Notes under the pieces: model-generated
Databases searched by the model: none
Told to the model about the DNA's origin: nothing
What the model saw: only the letters and a program-made list of their open reading frames with translations
Shown: positions 40,367 through 52,770 of the stretch, one piece after another
Position numbering within the stretch: the stretch's first letter is position 1
How the letters are laid out: each line of letters opens with the position of its first letter
Program-made: the position numbers and the translations under genes
Origin: Octopus vulgaris
Taxonomy: Eukaryota
Length of the DNA: 64,000 nt
Reading direction: 5' to 3'
Assembly: GCA_951406725.2 (NCBI GenBank)
Contig: OX597816.1
Location: forward strand, 66,650,001-66,714,000

Positions 40367-42282
40367 GACATGACGTGATCATTGTAAATGAACATCACCA
40401 TCATGTAAGGCTGTTTGTTTCTAGTATTCTCTGAAAACATGTCTAGCTATGGGAAAACATCACCTTGCTAGGTGAAGGTTGGCAATAGATAGACTATCAG
40501 GCTGTAGAAAATCTGCCTCAACAAATTCTGTCTGATCCATACACACATAGAAAAGTGGACGTTGAACGATGACGAACCATTTACACAAAGAAGGCAAAGA
40601 ATAAATGACTGTGTGCAGAATAGAACTAACCAAGATTAATACAGGACATATATATATCGTGTGATAAATTTACAGATCACTTAAAAACAAAAGTTTAAAC
40701 TATCCTCAGAGTTAATAAGAGCCAGGAATTAAATAAAAAATTAGAGGTTGTCTGTGCCAACAAAAATAATTTTGTCACACGTAATTTGTTTAATTAATCA
40801 TTAAGTAATTTCTCTTTTACTGAAGGAAAGGCTTGGCTTGATATGTCAGTAAATTTGTTTCACCATGGTATATGGACTTACAAAAAAGGGCCATAGGCAT
40901 TGTTTTTCTTCCAGACTAAGTGTTAAAAAAAGGGAGTTACACTGGAGTTTCTTTGCTGGGATAAAAGGGGAAAAAAGATAAAAACATTCTTACAAAATCA
41001 TTGCTATTTTGCCCCATCTTTTATCTTTTACTTGTTTTAGTCATTTGACTGTAGCCATGCTGGGGCATGAACTTGAAGGGTCTTCGTTGAACAAATCAAA
41101 CCCAGGACATCATCATCATTGTTGTTCGACCGTGGTTGGGACAATGGGATTTACTATGTTACGCCAGACTTCACGGTCCATCATGGACATAGGACATAGG
41201 TTATTCTATCTCTACTGAACTACTGGTTGTAAAGTGGTAGTTTGGGGCACGGACACACACAACAGCTTTCTTTCAGTTTCCATCAACCAAATCTACTCAC
41301 AAGGCTTTGGTAGGCATGAGGCTATAGTAGAAGACATTTGCCCAATGTTCCATAACCAGAACCTGGTAGTTGGGAAGCTAACTTCTTACCACACAGTCAC
41401 ACCTATGCCTAGCCATGATTAAATACATCTATTATTTTGTCCAACCTAGGATCTTTGTATGTCTAGTGATAGTGTGGATCTGCATCTGGAAACTGTCTTT
41501 TTAAAGCCCATACCTAAGTAAGGTTAAAGGAGACCAGTAGTTGTCTATACCTGCATGTCTCCCTTCTCCATGCCATTGATGTTTACCCAAGGGTCAGTAC
41601 AGCTTAGCACTGCTGTTGTTGCTGTCACAACGCTAAAAGCTGGAATACATACTGCAAGGCAGCTTCAGCAATACTGTAACAATTCTATAAATCCATTGCC
41701 TTGGACAGGCAATGACCCGCATGTTCCCCAAATGTTGGTCTTGGCTAGATTTGAACTAGTGCATATCTGGAACAAATATTACAACAGCCATTCTAAAACT
41801 AATAACTTGGCCAATCTGTCAGCATAAATTATATATTGCATGTTATTTTGTTTCATAAATATAAGATGGTAGAGTATGATCTGAGGGGGATTTGGTTATT
41901 TCTAGTATGTCAAATGACCATATAGAAGCACTCATGTTGGCTTATTACTGACAAAGTAACAAAATTAGCTAAAATAAATATGGAAAAAAAAAAGAAAAGA
42001 AAAATTAGAAAAAACAAATGAAAACCAGCTTCTTTTAATAATTAACAAAAAAAATTCTTGCTAGACAGATGGCAGACTCTCATCATAGAACATTGCTTTT
42101 GAACAATAGCTTCTAGAGAATGCGTGTTTCGTTGAAGCATAGCTCCAATTTATAGAATATATCTGCTGGTATGCAATACGTTTGAAGAATTAGCATGCTG
42201 TTACCATTCTTGTAATTCCAAACTGAGAAGAACAGCCTTTGAGGGCGTCTATCCACATATATATAGCTGTTGACTTGCATAC

Positions 42283-42375
42283 CTGACTTTGCTGCTGTGC
42301 CTGATGGCGACGTATGAGATGGTGGCGTAGTGAGAGTGACGATGATGACGGTGAGTCTGCTAAGCCAGCAAGCAT
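42283..42375 (-). other. Candidate first coding exon MLAGLADSPSSSSLSLRHHLIRRHQAQQQSQ
   Basis: ATG-started 31-codon frame with protein-like composition, ending at a strong donor CAG|GTATGC (phase 0). Unique GC-richer sequence. Confidence 0.4.
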
Positions 42376-42931
42376 CACCTACTTTCCACCAATTGGAATG
42401 ATCTATACTTCCTGCCACTGACATTGAACGCATCACCAAAGTAGGGTGCTAGAAAAACAACTTTTGAGAGCTCGACATAGGAAAAATTCCAAGGGATTAA
42501 AACAAAAACCTTTTGGAGTTTGTGTCTGTAAATACCACACATACAATGTGTTCAGTATGTAGGCATTGATATGCGAAGAAGTTGAATAAATTTTAGATAC
42601 ACTGACACTTGGTTTATTTGAAAACAATATCGAAATTTTGCAAAATCCATTTACTTTCTGTTGGAGTTGGGTGGGGGTGGGAGTGGAATGTAAAACAAAA
42701 AAAGATATAAAAGCAAAAATTCTTTTTCATACATTCTTGTCCACATGAGCAGAGGAGAGATAGATTTTGTAAAAATTCCGACATTTGCATGTCAGTGGAA
42801 CAATTTTTTATTTGTGTGTTAGGTAGAAAAAAAAACCCCATCTTACGTATCACTAACATTCTGCTATGAGGTAGTAGTGACTGGGAGAAAGTATTTGTTA
42901 TCAATCAGACTGATATAATGATATAAACAGC

Positions 42932-43044
<113 letters not shown>

Positions 43045-43144
43045 CATATATTATTTTAATTTTTTTAAAATTTAATCTAGTTTCAGCTCACGAGCTGTGG
43101 CCATGCTGGGGCATCGCCATTTGGTGTTGCTACATGATTTTACT

Positions 43145-46078
43145 TCACGAATGCTTTTTAGCAACTGCCATTTGGTGCATGAGAGAGTTCGATGCAGCTG
43201 CCCTCATCTGCACCTCCTGCCGTGAAGTTGGTTCATCTGGGACACCTGACAAGAAGAGATCCAGTTTCATTTTAAAGACATCTGCATCCACCCCAAGCAG
43301 GTCTCTTAGGTTCTTCAGGAGGATATTGAAGAGCTGTGGGTCTTTGAAGCCCAAGCTATCACAGTATCTTGTCCTACATCTTGATGGCAAATTTGGAGTC
43401 CTTGGCACCACGCAGTGGCGCCCAGTTCTGGCATTTGTGTAACTCTCGATGCCAAAGTTTGGGACAAGTCCTTCTAGGATCTTCCAGATGTATATTATGG
43501 CATATCTTTCTCGCCTACGCTCTAAGGAATAGAGTCTTAATCTCTTGAGTCTTTCCCAATAGCATATATGCTGCACAGAGGCTATCTTCTTCGTGTAGCT
43601 TCGTTGGATCGCCGCAAGTTCTGTGATCAACTTGACACTGGATGGTGACCATAGCTGAGAGCAATAGTCAAAGTGGCTTAGGACAAGTGTCCTCCAGAGG
43701 ACCATCATGGTTTCTTGGTCTCTTGTTCTAAAGTTTCTAAGAATCCATCCGGCCAGCCGCCTACATTTCATTGCCAATTTAGCATCATGTACATGAAAGG
43801 TTGCGTCATCACTCATGTAAATACCCAGGTCACGCACTGATTGTGCCTCTGGGATTGCAATCCCTCCAGGTCCAGTGTATTCATTGGGTATTGCATTCAG
43901 TTTTGCATGCTGATAGCATAAAGCTTGGAACTTTTCAGCATTGAACTGCATGCTAATATTTTCAGCCCACTTGTATATTTTGTCCAGCTCACATTGCAGG
44001 TGCTTAATGCCTTCAGGGTTCTGTATTGCCTGTGAAACTTTTGTATCATCTGCATAACTTGTGAGCGTGGCTCTCTGCGTGGCTGAGGGCATGTCTGAGA
44101 GGGTCATTATGAACAGTAGTGGTCCCAAAACAGTGCCCTGCGGAACACCGCTCACTATTTGCGTGTTAATGGCAGTGGCCCCATTGGCTACTACCACCTG
44201 ACTTCTATCCTTCAGAAAGTCATGAAGCCATTCTCCCAATTTTCCAACTATGCCAAGATCACGCAGTTTGTGACATATCATTCCATGATCGACTTTATCA
44301 AAGGCCTTTGCAAAGTCGAGATATATCACTTCCACATTTGAGTGGTTGAGCAGTCGTTTCAGCACCCAGTCATATGTTGTAGGAGCTGAGTTAAGCAGCT
44401 TCTTCCAGGTCGGAAACCATGTTGGGTGTCAGGTAGCAGGTCATTTTCTTCAAGGAAGGTGATTAGTTTCCTTCTGACCTTGCTGATGTGTGAGGTCAGA
44501 GAGATAGGTCTGTAGTTCTTGGCTTCCGCTCTGCTACCTCCTTTATGAATAGGGCATATTTTACCTTCCTTCAGTTTTCTTGGAAGTTTGCCAGTTGCAA
44601 GGAAGCTCTGAAAGAGGAACTGCAGTGGTCTTGCCAGGACTCTCTTACATACTTTTAGAAAGATTGCTGGGAATCCATCGGGGCCAGTAGCTGAGTCTGT
44701 TTTCATTTCATCTATAGCCTTTATTACATCGTCTTCCTTTATATTGATGTAATCAATCATCGCTGCCTCTGATTTTATATCTGCAGTGGTAAAGAAGTCA
44801 GTTGGATTGCTGACTTGGAAATGCCCAAGGGGTGGAGTGAAAACACTATTGAATTGCTCATTTAGTATTTCACTTACCCTGATTGGATTTCCTGTGAGTG
44901 TGCCATCCTTTTCAAGGAGTGGCCCTATCCTACAGTGCACCGTAGCTGTTCCTTTGGCATACCTGTAGAAAGCTCTGGGGTTAGATTTTATGTTGTCTAT
45001 AGCCCAGGCTTCTTTGTCTGCTCTTTCCTTTTCATGGGAGAGTTGCAGACATTTTTCAGTTTCCAACAGTTTTATTTTCAGGCGGGACTTTTCACTGCTT
45101 TCAATTTGTTTGTTTAGGCGATTTGAAACTTTTGTACGCCGTCTCATTAGAATTTTCCTCTCTCTGGGGATTTTGTTCCTGTGTACAGTGGCCTTTCTCT
45201 CTGGGACACATTTGTAGCACATGGCTTGCATTACAGACATGAATTGTTGAAGCTTCATGTCGATGTCTGGCGAGGAGAGACATTCAGGCCAGTTTTGTTT
45301 GAGGATCTCTTTCTCAATTTGTTTCCAGTTTGCCTTATAGAAGTTCAAGCTGGAAAGATTCTGAGAGTTTCTTGTAGGCTGCATGTCCATGCTTTCCGTA
45401 CATGGTCAGCTCTACCATGTTGTGATCCGACAGTAGTGTCGGTATCACTTTCACATTATGGATGAGATCCATATTACTTGTGAAGCAGAGATCCAGTATG
45501 TTACCTGCCCTGGTTGGTTGGAGTATTACTTGCTCCATGTACAGGGTGTTGATGAGGTTCAGGAGGGACCTCGCCTGCCCTCGTTCACATCGTGTCATTC
45601 CTGGGAGAGAAAGGCCCTCGGGCCATCTGACATTGAGTAGATTGAAGTCTCCCATAAGAAGTACACTTATGTGTTGTTCTAATGTAACTAGAACTTCTAT
45701 TTTTATAAGGCAGATTTCAAACTTGCCTACATGGCTTGGGGCATCTGGAGGGCGATATGTAGCATACACAACTACACCAAGTTGCCTTATATGTACAATT
45801 AGTGTGTCACACACCGAGTTTGAGTATGACAAAAGGACCTGGGGTGTGAGGTCCTCACGGATGTACATAGCAACTCCTCAATGACTCCTTTCTTTTCTGT
45901 CGGTCCGTAGTACAACATACTGTGGTATGTGTAATTCTGCATCTGCTATGTCCGGTTTCAGCTGTGTTTCCTTAAGTGCTATGCATAAGGCTTGATTGCA
46001 TGCAACAAAGTCTCTCAAGAACGGGATTTTTGTCCTATTACTGAGTGTTAGCAGTCCTCTGATGTTCAGTAGGAGCAT
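43145..46078 (-). pseudogene. LINE ORF2: AP endonuclease plus reverse transcriptase (1 in-frame stop, at least 2 frameshifts)
   Basis: EN: MLLLNIRGL, IALKET, RTDR..GVAMYI, YRPP, GDFN, PTR.GNILDL, SDH. RT: ATGPDG, NYRPISLTS, QHGFRPGRSC, YLDFAKAFDKV, GVPQGTVLGPLLF, YADD, RDLG. Stop at 45878-45880, shifts near 45395 and 44370. Confidence 0.93.
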
Positions 46079-46190
46079 CGAGGTGAGGTGTATGCTGTTG
46101 CCGGCGGTGTCCACCTTGGGTCTATTTGCTGTGGCGGTCTTGTGTATTGTGGATAGTCCCATCTGTGAGTTTGAGTTTGATGGAGCCAGG

Positions 46191-47003
46191 TTAGCTGCTG
46201 TACAATCTTTTATGCCATGCACAAAAAGATTCTTGTTCAGCAGCTGCCCTTTCAATAACATGTTGGCGGTTTGTAGCACGCACCACATCTGCGTACCTCC
46301 GTTTTGGGGCAGGTGGTGCGTGGTCCATTCCTTTTCCTTTTGGTAGTTGGTTTCTGACCTGTTTCGTGTTTATGTGGCAGGGTCTTTGATGTGCAAAACG
46401 GCAGTCTGCACCTTCCTCTCCATGCCAGCAGACACCTTTCATGTAGAATTTACATATTCGTGTGCGCTGTCTGTTTCTATCCTTTTTGGTACATGGATAG
46501 TCAGGTTTGCTTCTATCCTTGGCTGTTTCATCTTTTGGTTTTGTTTGAGTTTTAGTTTTTCCTTCTTTGGCTGTTTCATCTTTTGATCTTCTTTTAGTTT
46601 TTCCTCCTTTTATTTCTTTTTTGGCTCTTTCATCTCCATGGCTTTTGGTGCTGGTAGGAGCACTTGCACTTGGGTTTACTTCCCGGGCAGGTTTCTCACT
46701 TGAATCTTCTTCCTGGGTGTCTACCAAGTGGGGGTGACATCTTTCATCAGCACCCGCGCCTTCATCCTTGCCATCTTTACTTTGTTCGTTGTCAAAGATG
46801 GCATCAAGCGTGCCAATGTGAGATCTTATTAGTGCATAGGAGCGTATAAACTCCTGCCTTTTTCGCTCTATCTGCGCTATCGTTCTTATATATCCACTGC
46901 TCTTCAGCGCAGCTGTAATTATGTTGTTCGGATTATCTCTGTCGGCGCAACACCAGGCTCTCAGGAACAACGCCAATTCGTTACCTTTCCAGGTTCTGGA
47001 CAT
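46191..47003 (-). CDS. LINE ORF1 (270 aa): Myb/SANT(trihelix)-like N-terminus, charged linker, CCCH zinc finger
   Basis: ATG start. W..NE..LFLRAW...L..SGY.RT..QI..K pattern and C-x7-C-x8-C-x3-H (CKFYMKGVCWHGEEGADCRFAH). Lies directly upstream of ORF2. Confidence 0.75.
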   Translation of the reverse strand: MSRTWKGNELALFLRAWCCADRDNPNNIITAALKSSGYIRTIAQIERKRQEFIRSYALIRSHIGTLDAIFDNEQSKDGKDEGAGADERCHPHLVDTQEEDSSEKPAREVNPSASAPTSTKSHGDERAKKEIKGGKTKRRSKDETAKEGKTKTQTKPKDETAKDRSKPDYPCTKKDRNRQRTRICKFYMKGVCWHGEEGADCRFAHQRPCHINTKQVRNQLPKGKGMDHAPPAPKRRYADVVRATNRQHVIERAAAEQESFCAWHKRLYSS

Positions 47004-47819
47004 TTTTGATATTTTATTTATTTATCAATCTAATTATATTAATTTATATTAATTTAATAGTGTGATAGAGGGTAGAGAAGAAATAGAGAAAGAAAGTGTC
47101 TATGTATTTAAAGAGAGATTGAGAGCTGAGAGAAGATAAGAAGAGAGTAAGAGAAGAAAGTTCGCGTCTATATATTTAGAAAAATTGAGGGGCTATATAT
47201 ATATATATAAATTGACCTTCGAAACGTGGAGTTAGATGAAACAAAGGCGACTGAAGAAGGGGAATTTTCCTTGTTTTGTATGTCCTGTACTCTATTTTTT
47301 CGTCGTTTAAGAAAAATGTCCATTTCCTTGGTTTTGTGTTTATGTTTTCGTTTCTCATTGTGTTCGACGTGTTTTTGGTGTCCTGTACCCATATATGCAT
47401 GTATATATACATGTAGAGGTATGTACGTACATATATGTATGTATATATGCATGTGTTTTATTTATTTATTAATTTATTATATGACGGTTTAGTTTGAGTA
47501 CTAAAGGGTTTTAAAAAGGGAACCTTGTAAATGCAGAAAGTACTTACAAGGAAAAATACAGATAACTGAACCTGTTGCCCCAACAGAAGTTATACACTAA
47601 ATTTAATCTACATATTCTACGCTGATCATAGATCTTGTTTGATGATGGCTGATCTTGAGGTAAATGATGACACACTGTTTTGTTACTTACTACTGCAAAT
47701 CAGTGTCTCAGTGAGAAACATTTTTTTTTTCATAGTTTATCAACCATCACACACCTATATTTTTATGTAAGTGGTTTATACAGTACTGAAAGAAATTCAT
47801 TGAGTCAGTGTAAGTCTTT

Positions 47820-48306
47820 GTCCTTTCCCAAAAATTTAAGGGTCAAAATCCCTAGTGCGTACTATATACGAGGTTAAAAATGAAAATTAATTTCTAAGCA
47901 ATGTCTGAGTCTCTATTTGCTGTCTGGCTATGTTTATTCAGACGCATTTTGTGATGTTGGGCGCGAAAATACCTTAAGCTAAGGTTAAAAGCAATGAAGT
48001 CATAAAAGAATCATCCATAACTTGCAATAAGCAACTTTTATTAAACGTTATTACTGTTATTTCTTTATTTTCCGCAAACAAAATACACAAAAAGGCTACA
48101 CGTTTGCATTATGTTATATATACAATAATAATAAAGGATGTTACCGTATACATTTTTACAAACCAAGGACGTTATATAGACCTCCATGACTCAAGTTAGA
48201 GAAGGGGTGCGTATTATACACAAGGTTTAGGTTTTTCAGAGGTACAGACCCCTAAAAATCCCCTGCGTATTATACTCAAGGGCGGACTATACTCGAGGAT
48301 TTACGG
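47820..48306. mobile_element. pogo/Tc2-like non-autonomous element (one intact end)
   Basis: Repeated gcgtattatac subterminal motifs and terminus tactcgaggatttacgg-TA. Confidence 0.65.
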
Positions 48307-49366
48307 TATGTCAGTTTGATACTACTGTCAGGGGTTGAACATTAAAATCTTTCTTCTTTTTTCAGTGTTTGGTTGTTGTCAGATCTGATAAAGCAGAATT
48401 CTAATCAAAAGTAAGCGAGCCATCCTTTTGTACATAAAGACCTTCATTGTCTGATGTAGTTTAGTTGTTACAACAACTCATCATCAAGATAGAAGAAAGA
48501 TTGGTTCCTATTTCTAGCAGGTTGAACGACCATGTAGAGACTCCCCTCATTGGATTGCTTTCAGAGTATTAGTTCCATTATATGAAACGGTATTTGAATG
48601 CAATTCTTTCAGTAATGCACTGTCCACAGACCAAGTCTATGCGCATTTAATAGGACACAAACAACTGCGCAAAGCAAGTGCTAGCATCTTCTGTCAACTT
48701 GCTTAATGTTGATATTGTTTATGCATTTTAAGTAGCAAACTGCTGATAATTGATAAATGAATATGGTAGCCTATTTGACCCAGCAGTAGCTGAAATATCT
48801 TAGATTACAATGATTTCATTTTATGTAATTACAAGGAAACATTTTTAACCCTTTAACTGCAAAGTTGAATTTCATGGTTATTCCAGTAATAATGTTAAAT
48901 ATTTACCAAAAAATAGAATTGGTATTTTCTCAACAAAAAAGTAGCTTCAAATGTGTCATTTCTCAACAAAATATCAATTGGGATATAAAACTGCTTTCTG
49001 CAGTAAAAAGTAATGAAATTTTGACTGGATACATCTGATTTCAGCAGTAAAAGGATTAGAAAGAGCAAAGATTAGGTTTTATCTTTAGAGCCAGAAAATA
49101 TTTCAACTACCAAACAGTTACAAATTCCCAACATAGAGATCCTTCCTAAGTCATGTAGGTTCAATGGGCTGGTTTCCCGGTTTGTGTGGCGCATATATTT
49201 CCTCCTGGACTGGATGCTGGTCTGTTGCAGCATTACTCATTTTTGCCAGCTGAATGGGCTGGAGCAATGTGAAATGAAGTGTTTTGCTCAAGAACACATT
49301 ATTACTCTTATATTCAACTTATATTACTCTTATATAAGAGGTATATATATATATATATAAGAGGTA

Positions 49367-49861
49367 TCTCTTATTATAAAAGGCAGATTTTATCTGCCTC
49401 CCTTTGGGAGTTATAGAAATCTACAATATAGGATTTCTTCAATTACAATTTACCTAGCATTTTTGAGAGTACAATGCATCGCGTCATGCCAGGTCCAGTT
49501 TTTAAAATTTAAACTCCAATTAAGCAAAATTTACAGAAAACTCACATTCTGGTGTGTGTGTCAAATGCTTTTCTTAGTCTGGTTTACACCACATGCAAAC
49601 GCACACACACAGTGGGCAACGAATAAAATGAAACTAATTCACTTACTGTAGTGAGTGATTCTTTCACTCTGCCTCCCACTTCCTCTTTCCACACATAGAC
49701 ACGCAAATATATATAAATAAAATTGTAAGCTAACGTGCGTGTGTGTCAGTGTGTGTGTGTGTGTGTGTGTGTGTGAGGGTGCGCATGTGTGTGTGTGTGT
49801 GCGTGTGCATGAGTGTGTGACAGGAAAGTTTTTTACGACGAATATAACACCTATATCCAAG
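49367..49861 (+). mobile_element. Helitron-like element
   Basis: a|tctcttattataaaaggcag start. The 3' end is uncertain (tccaagt). Confidence 0.45.
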
Positions 49862-49871
49862 TAGCAGAAAG

Positions 49872-50140
49872 ATAAGACAGTAAGGTGTGATTTGAGGGAG
49901 ATTTGGCTGCTATTTCTACCATGTCTAGCTGCCATATAGGGGTCTCCCTCATAGGCTCATACATACATATATACATAGATAAGACAGTAAGGTGTGATTT
50001 GGGGGAAATTTGGCTGCTATTTCTACCAGGTCTAGCTACCATGTAGAGGTCCCCCTCATAGGCTCATACATACATATATACATACATAAGACAGTAAAGT
50101 GTGATTTGAGGGAGATTTGGCTGCTGTTTCTACCAGGTCT
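49872..50140 (+). repeat. Three tandem ~107 bp units of family E
   Basis: taagacagtaaggtgtgatttg...ggctgctatttctacca occurs three times. Confidence 0.9.
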
Positions 50141-50456
50141 GTTAGGCCTTCTCATGTAAACTCAAGCTTTCTCATGCCTTGAACATAAGACCTAAGCAGA
50201 GAATGTATTCTTTTATTCTTCTGCTTTTTCCAGCCATTGGTCTGTGGCCATGCTGGGGCAATGCCTTGAAGAATTGTAGTTTAATGAATCAACTCCAGTT
50301 TTATTTTTGTAAGCATTGTACTTATTCTATCTGTTTCCTTTGTCAAACCACTAGGTGACAGGGATGTAAACAAACCAACATTCGTTGTCAAGCAGTGGTG
50401 GAGGACAATCACAAGCACAGACACGCACACACACATACATGCATACACATATACAC

Positions 50457-50487
<31 letters not shown>

Positions 50488-50513
50488 TATATGTGTGTAT
50501 ATATATATATATA

Positions 50514-50837
50514 TTGCAGCGTGGAAGGTGTTTGTAAGCCATTTAAGAAACACACAAAAACCGTTACATTCACTTCAACATTTAAATTTAATTTGCCAAA
50601 ATATTTTCGTCGCTTTGAGACCGCGACCTGTTCACTGACAAAAATATCGTGCTAACAGGTCGCGGTCTCAAAGCGACGAAAATATTTTGACAAATTAAAT
50701 TTAAATGTTGAAGTGAATCTAACGGTTTTTGTGTGTTTCTTAAATGGTTTATAAACACCTTCAACGCTGCAACTGTTTTCGTTCCAGCACACGATCTCAG
50801 ATCAAGTCACTTGCTATGCAAGTACATCTCTGTAACT
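50514..50837. mobile_element. Penelope-like inverted terminal repeat in (TA)n
   Basis: Arms 50514-50632 and 50654-50772 are near-perfectly inverted. Same family as 3980-4182. Confidence 0.8.
50592..50642 (-). ncRNA. Minimal type I hammerhead ribozyme motif, G3-C8 variant
   Basis: Minus strand: tttgtca-GTGAACA-g-gtcgc ggtctcaaa gcgac-GAAA-ATAT-TT-tggcaaa. 7 bp stem I, 5 bp stem II, palindromic stem III. Confidence 0.65.
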
Positions 50838-50934
50838 ATATATATATTTATATATATATATATATGTATATTGGTAAAAACAGTAAGATAACAAAAGAAA
50901 GAAAGAGACCTCAATATTATGTAAATAGAGGAAA

Positions 50935-51329
50935 TCTTTATATATAAAAGTGAGGTTGTGTGTCTCTCTCCTACGATTTAGATTCCTAACTACTCCCACA
51001 TTTTGCGGTGCAGTTTAACCAAAACCGGGTATCTTATAGTCGTGATTCATATCGAGACCGTCTGGGTATTAGCGCGCGTCTACGATGAGTCTACGATTTA
51101 AAAAAAAATTTACCATCAATTTTTCCCATTTTTAATCCATTTTTGACATATATAAGGGAAGTAACTCTCTAAAATTTATTATTAAATCTCAGAACGTAAA
51201 AAGCTACAGTAACACCCCTCCCCCTTTGTGGTTAGCCATATTGAGATGGCTATTATACTTTACATCTCTAAAAATGCTTATATAATTATTTCCCTTACAA
51301 ACCCGAGCAACGCCGGGCGATACTGCTAG
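50935..51329 (+). mobile_element. Non-autonomous Helitron
   Basis: A|TC...start (tctttatatataaaagtgagg), 3' hairpin cccgagcaacgccggg, CTAG|T end, no TSD. Confidence 0.85.
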
Positions 51330-51405
51330 TATATATATATTTGTATTGTATTGGCATCCTTTCTGTCTCGGGAGACAATGGAGTTGCGCATGAAGTATAT
51401 ATAAG

Positions 51406-51452
<47 letters not shown>

Positions 51453-52254
51453 AGGTATATATATATAAGAGGTATAGTTCAGGAATCAAAACCACAATCT
51501 TACTATCATGAGTCCAACACCGTAACCATTAAGCCACATGTCAACACACAAATGTACAACATAGCTACAGATAAACACAAAATGGAATACTGTTCCAACA
51601 TCGAGAACAGCTACTGACACACACAAGAACATACTAGGGCGCATCTAAAAGAAAACCATTTGCTGTTCAGTAAGAACTCACTCAACAATACTCCCTATCC
51701 TTAACTATCATTTGTTTCAGTCACTGGACTGTGGCCACTATGGGGAACAGCTTAGAAGGGTTTTAGTCAAACAAATCAATCCCAGTACTTACTTTTCAAG
51801 ACTGGTTATTATTCTATTGGTCTCTTTTGCTGAACTGTTAAACTATGGGGTTTAAACAAACCAACAAGTTTCCAAGTGGTTCAATCCCACTGTCCAGGAC
51901 TTTGGGCAAGTGTCTTTTATTAACAGCCTCAGATTGACCAATGCCTTGTAAGTGAATTTGGTAGGCAGGAACTGTACAAAACCCAACATGTAATATGTGT
52001 GTATGTACATGTATGTATGTATGTGTGTGTGTGTCTGTGTATGTGCCTCTATGAATATTTTAGTGTGCACATGCATGAAAAACAAAGTCACTTAGCGACA
52101 GTGTCATCTTTTGTCATTTATCGTGTCTTCAAGCCATCTAGTAAGATTTGTACTTTTGAAGATGAGTGGAATGAAAACTCCCTTACTTACAAAACAAGTA
52201 AGAGTTGGTGACAGGAAGGGCATCTGGTTGTAAAAATAATTACCTGAGCTATTT

Positions 52255-52770
52255 TGACTTGTCTTGAGACAGCATTCACCCGGGGTGGGTTGAGCTGGCT
52301 TCATTCAACCTCAATGCTGCATCTCTCACAAACACCGACCAGACCTGGCGATTTGAGGCTAACGACTGCGTGATCTCCAACCACTCCTTATTCCAGCGGC
52401 AAACACCGTAGATATGGGGGCCTAGGTTGGGTTCCAGATCAGCCTTGACTGTCATCAGCCAGGTTTTTCATTCTCCACCACATCGCTTTCGCCAACCCTG
52501 AAGGGGAGCTGGGAAAATTGCTTCGTAGATGAATTCTCCTGGTTGATGACGGAGGGCATGACTCAGCCAACGCAGACGTCTTGTTAGGATGACTTGTCGG
52601 AGGGAGGTGATTTTGCAATGGTGTCGCACCAAATTGTTGGAGACAAAGTGATGCCATAAAACATGAAGGATGCGGCGTAGACAGAGGTGATCAAAGGATT
52701 CTAGTAACTTAATATCTTCCACCCTCATTGGCCATGACTCGCTGCCATAAAGGAGAATCATTCGCACTAT
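52255..52770 (-). pseudogene. RTE-clade LINE 3' fragment
   Basis: ILLYGSESW...LESFDHLCLRRIL...RRLRWLSHALR...GWRKRCGG. Confidence 0.88.

Larger units (their letters stand above)
43052..47168 (-). mobile_element. Near full-length non-LTR retrotransposon (CR1/L2 group), disrupted
   Basis: Pyrimidine-rich 5' UTR, ORF1, APE-RT ORF2, short 3' UTR with two stem-loops and an A-rich tail. Inserted in TA-rich sequence. Confidence 0.92.
49140..51540 (-). mobile_element. CORE/V-domain-like SINE split by a ~2.2 kb stack of nested insertions
   Basis: Body and tail at 49140-49298 and head at 51478-51540 together match the intact copy at 60077-60318. Confidence 0.6.

Noticed and set aside
46200-46240. Programmed -1 frameshift between LINE ORF1 and ORF2 at the T-run
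   Set aside because: The ORF2 frame is +1 relative to ORF1 here and the copy is mutated, so it cannot be supported from one copy.
47210-47270. cGAAAc...CTGAAGA as a permuted hammerhead
   Set aside because: Both half-motifs are present but stems I-III could not be paired convincingly. Possibly a decayed Penelope-like end.
49872-50140. CRISPR-like array
   Set aside because: Eukaryotic context. Units are ~107 bp tandem copies of an interspersed repeat without unique spacers.
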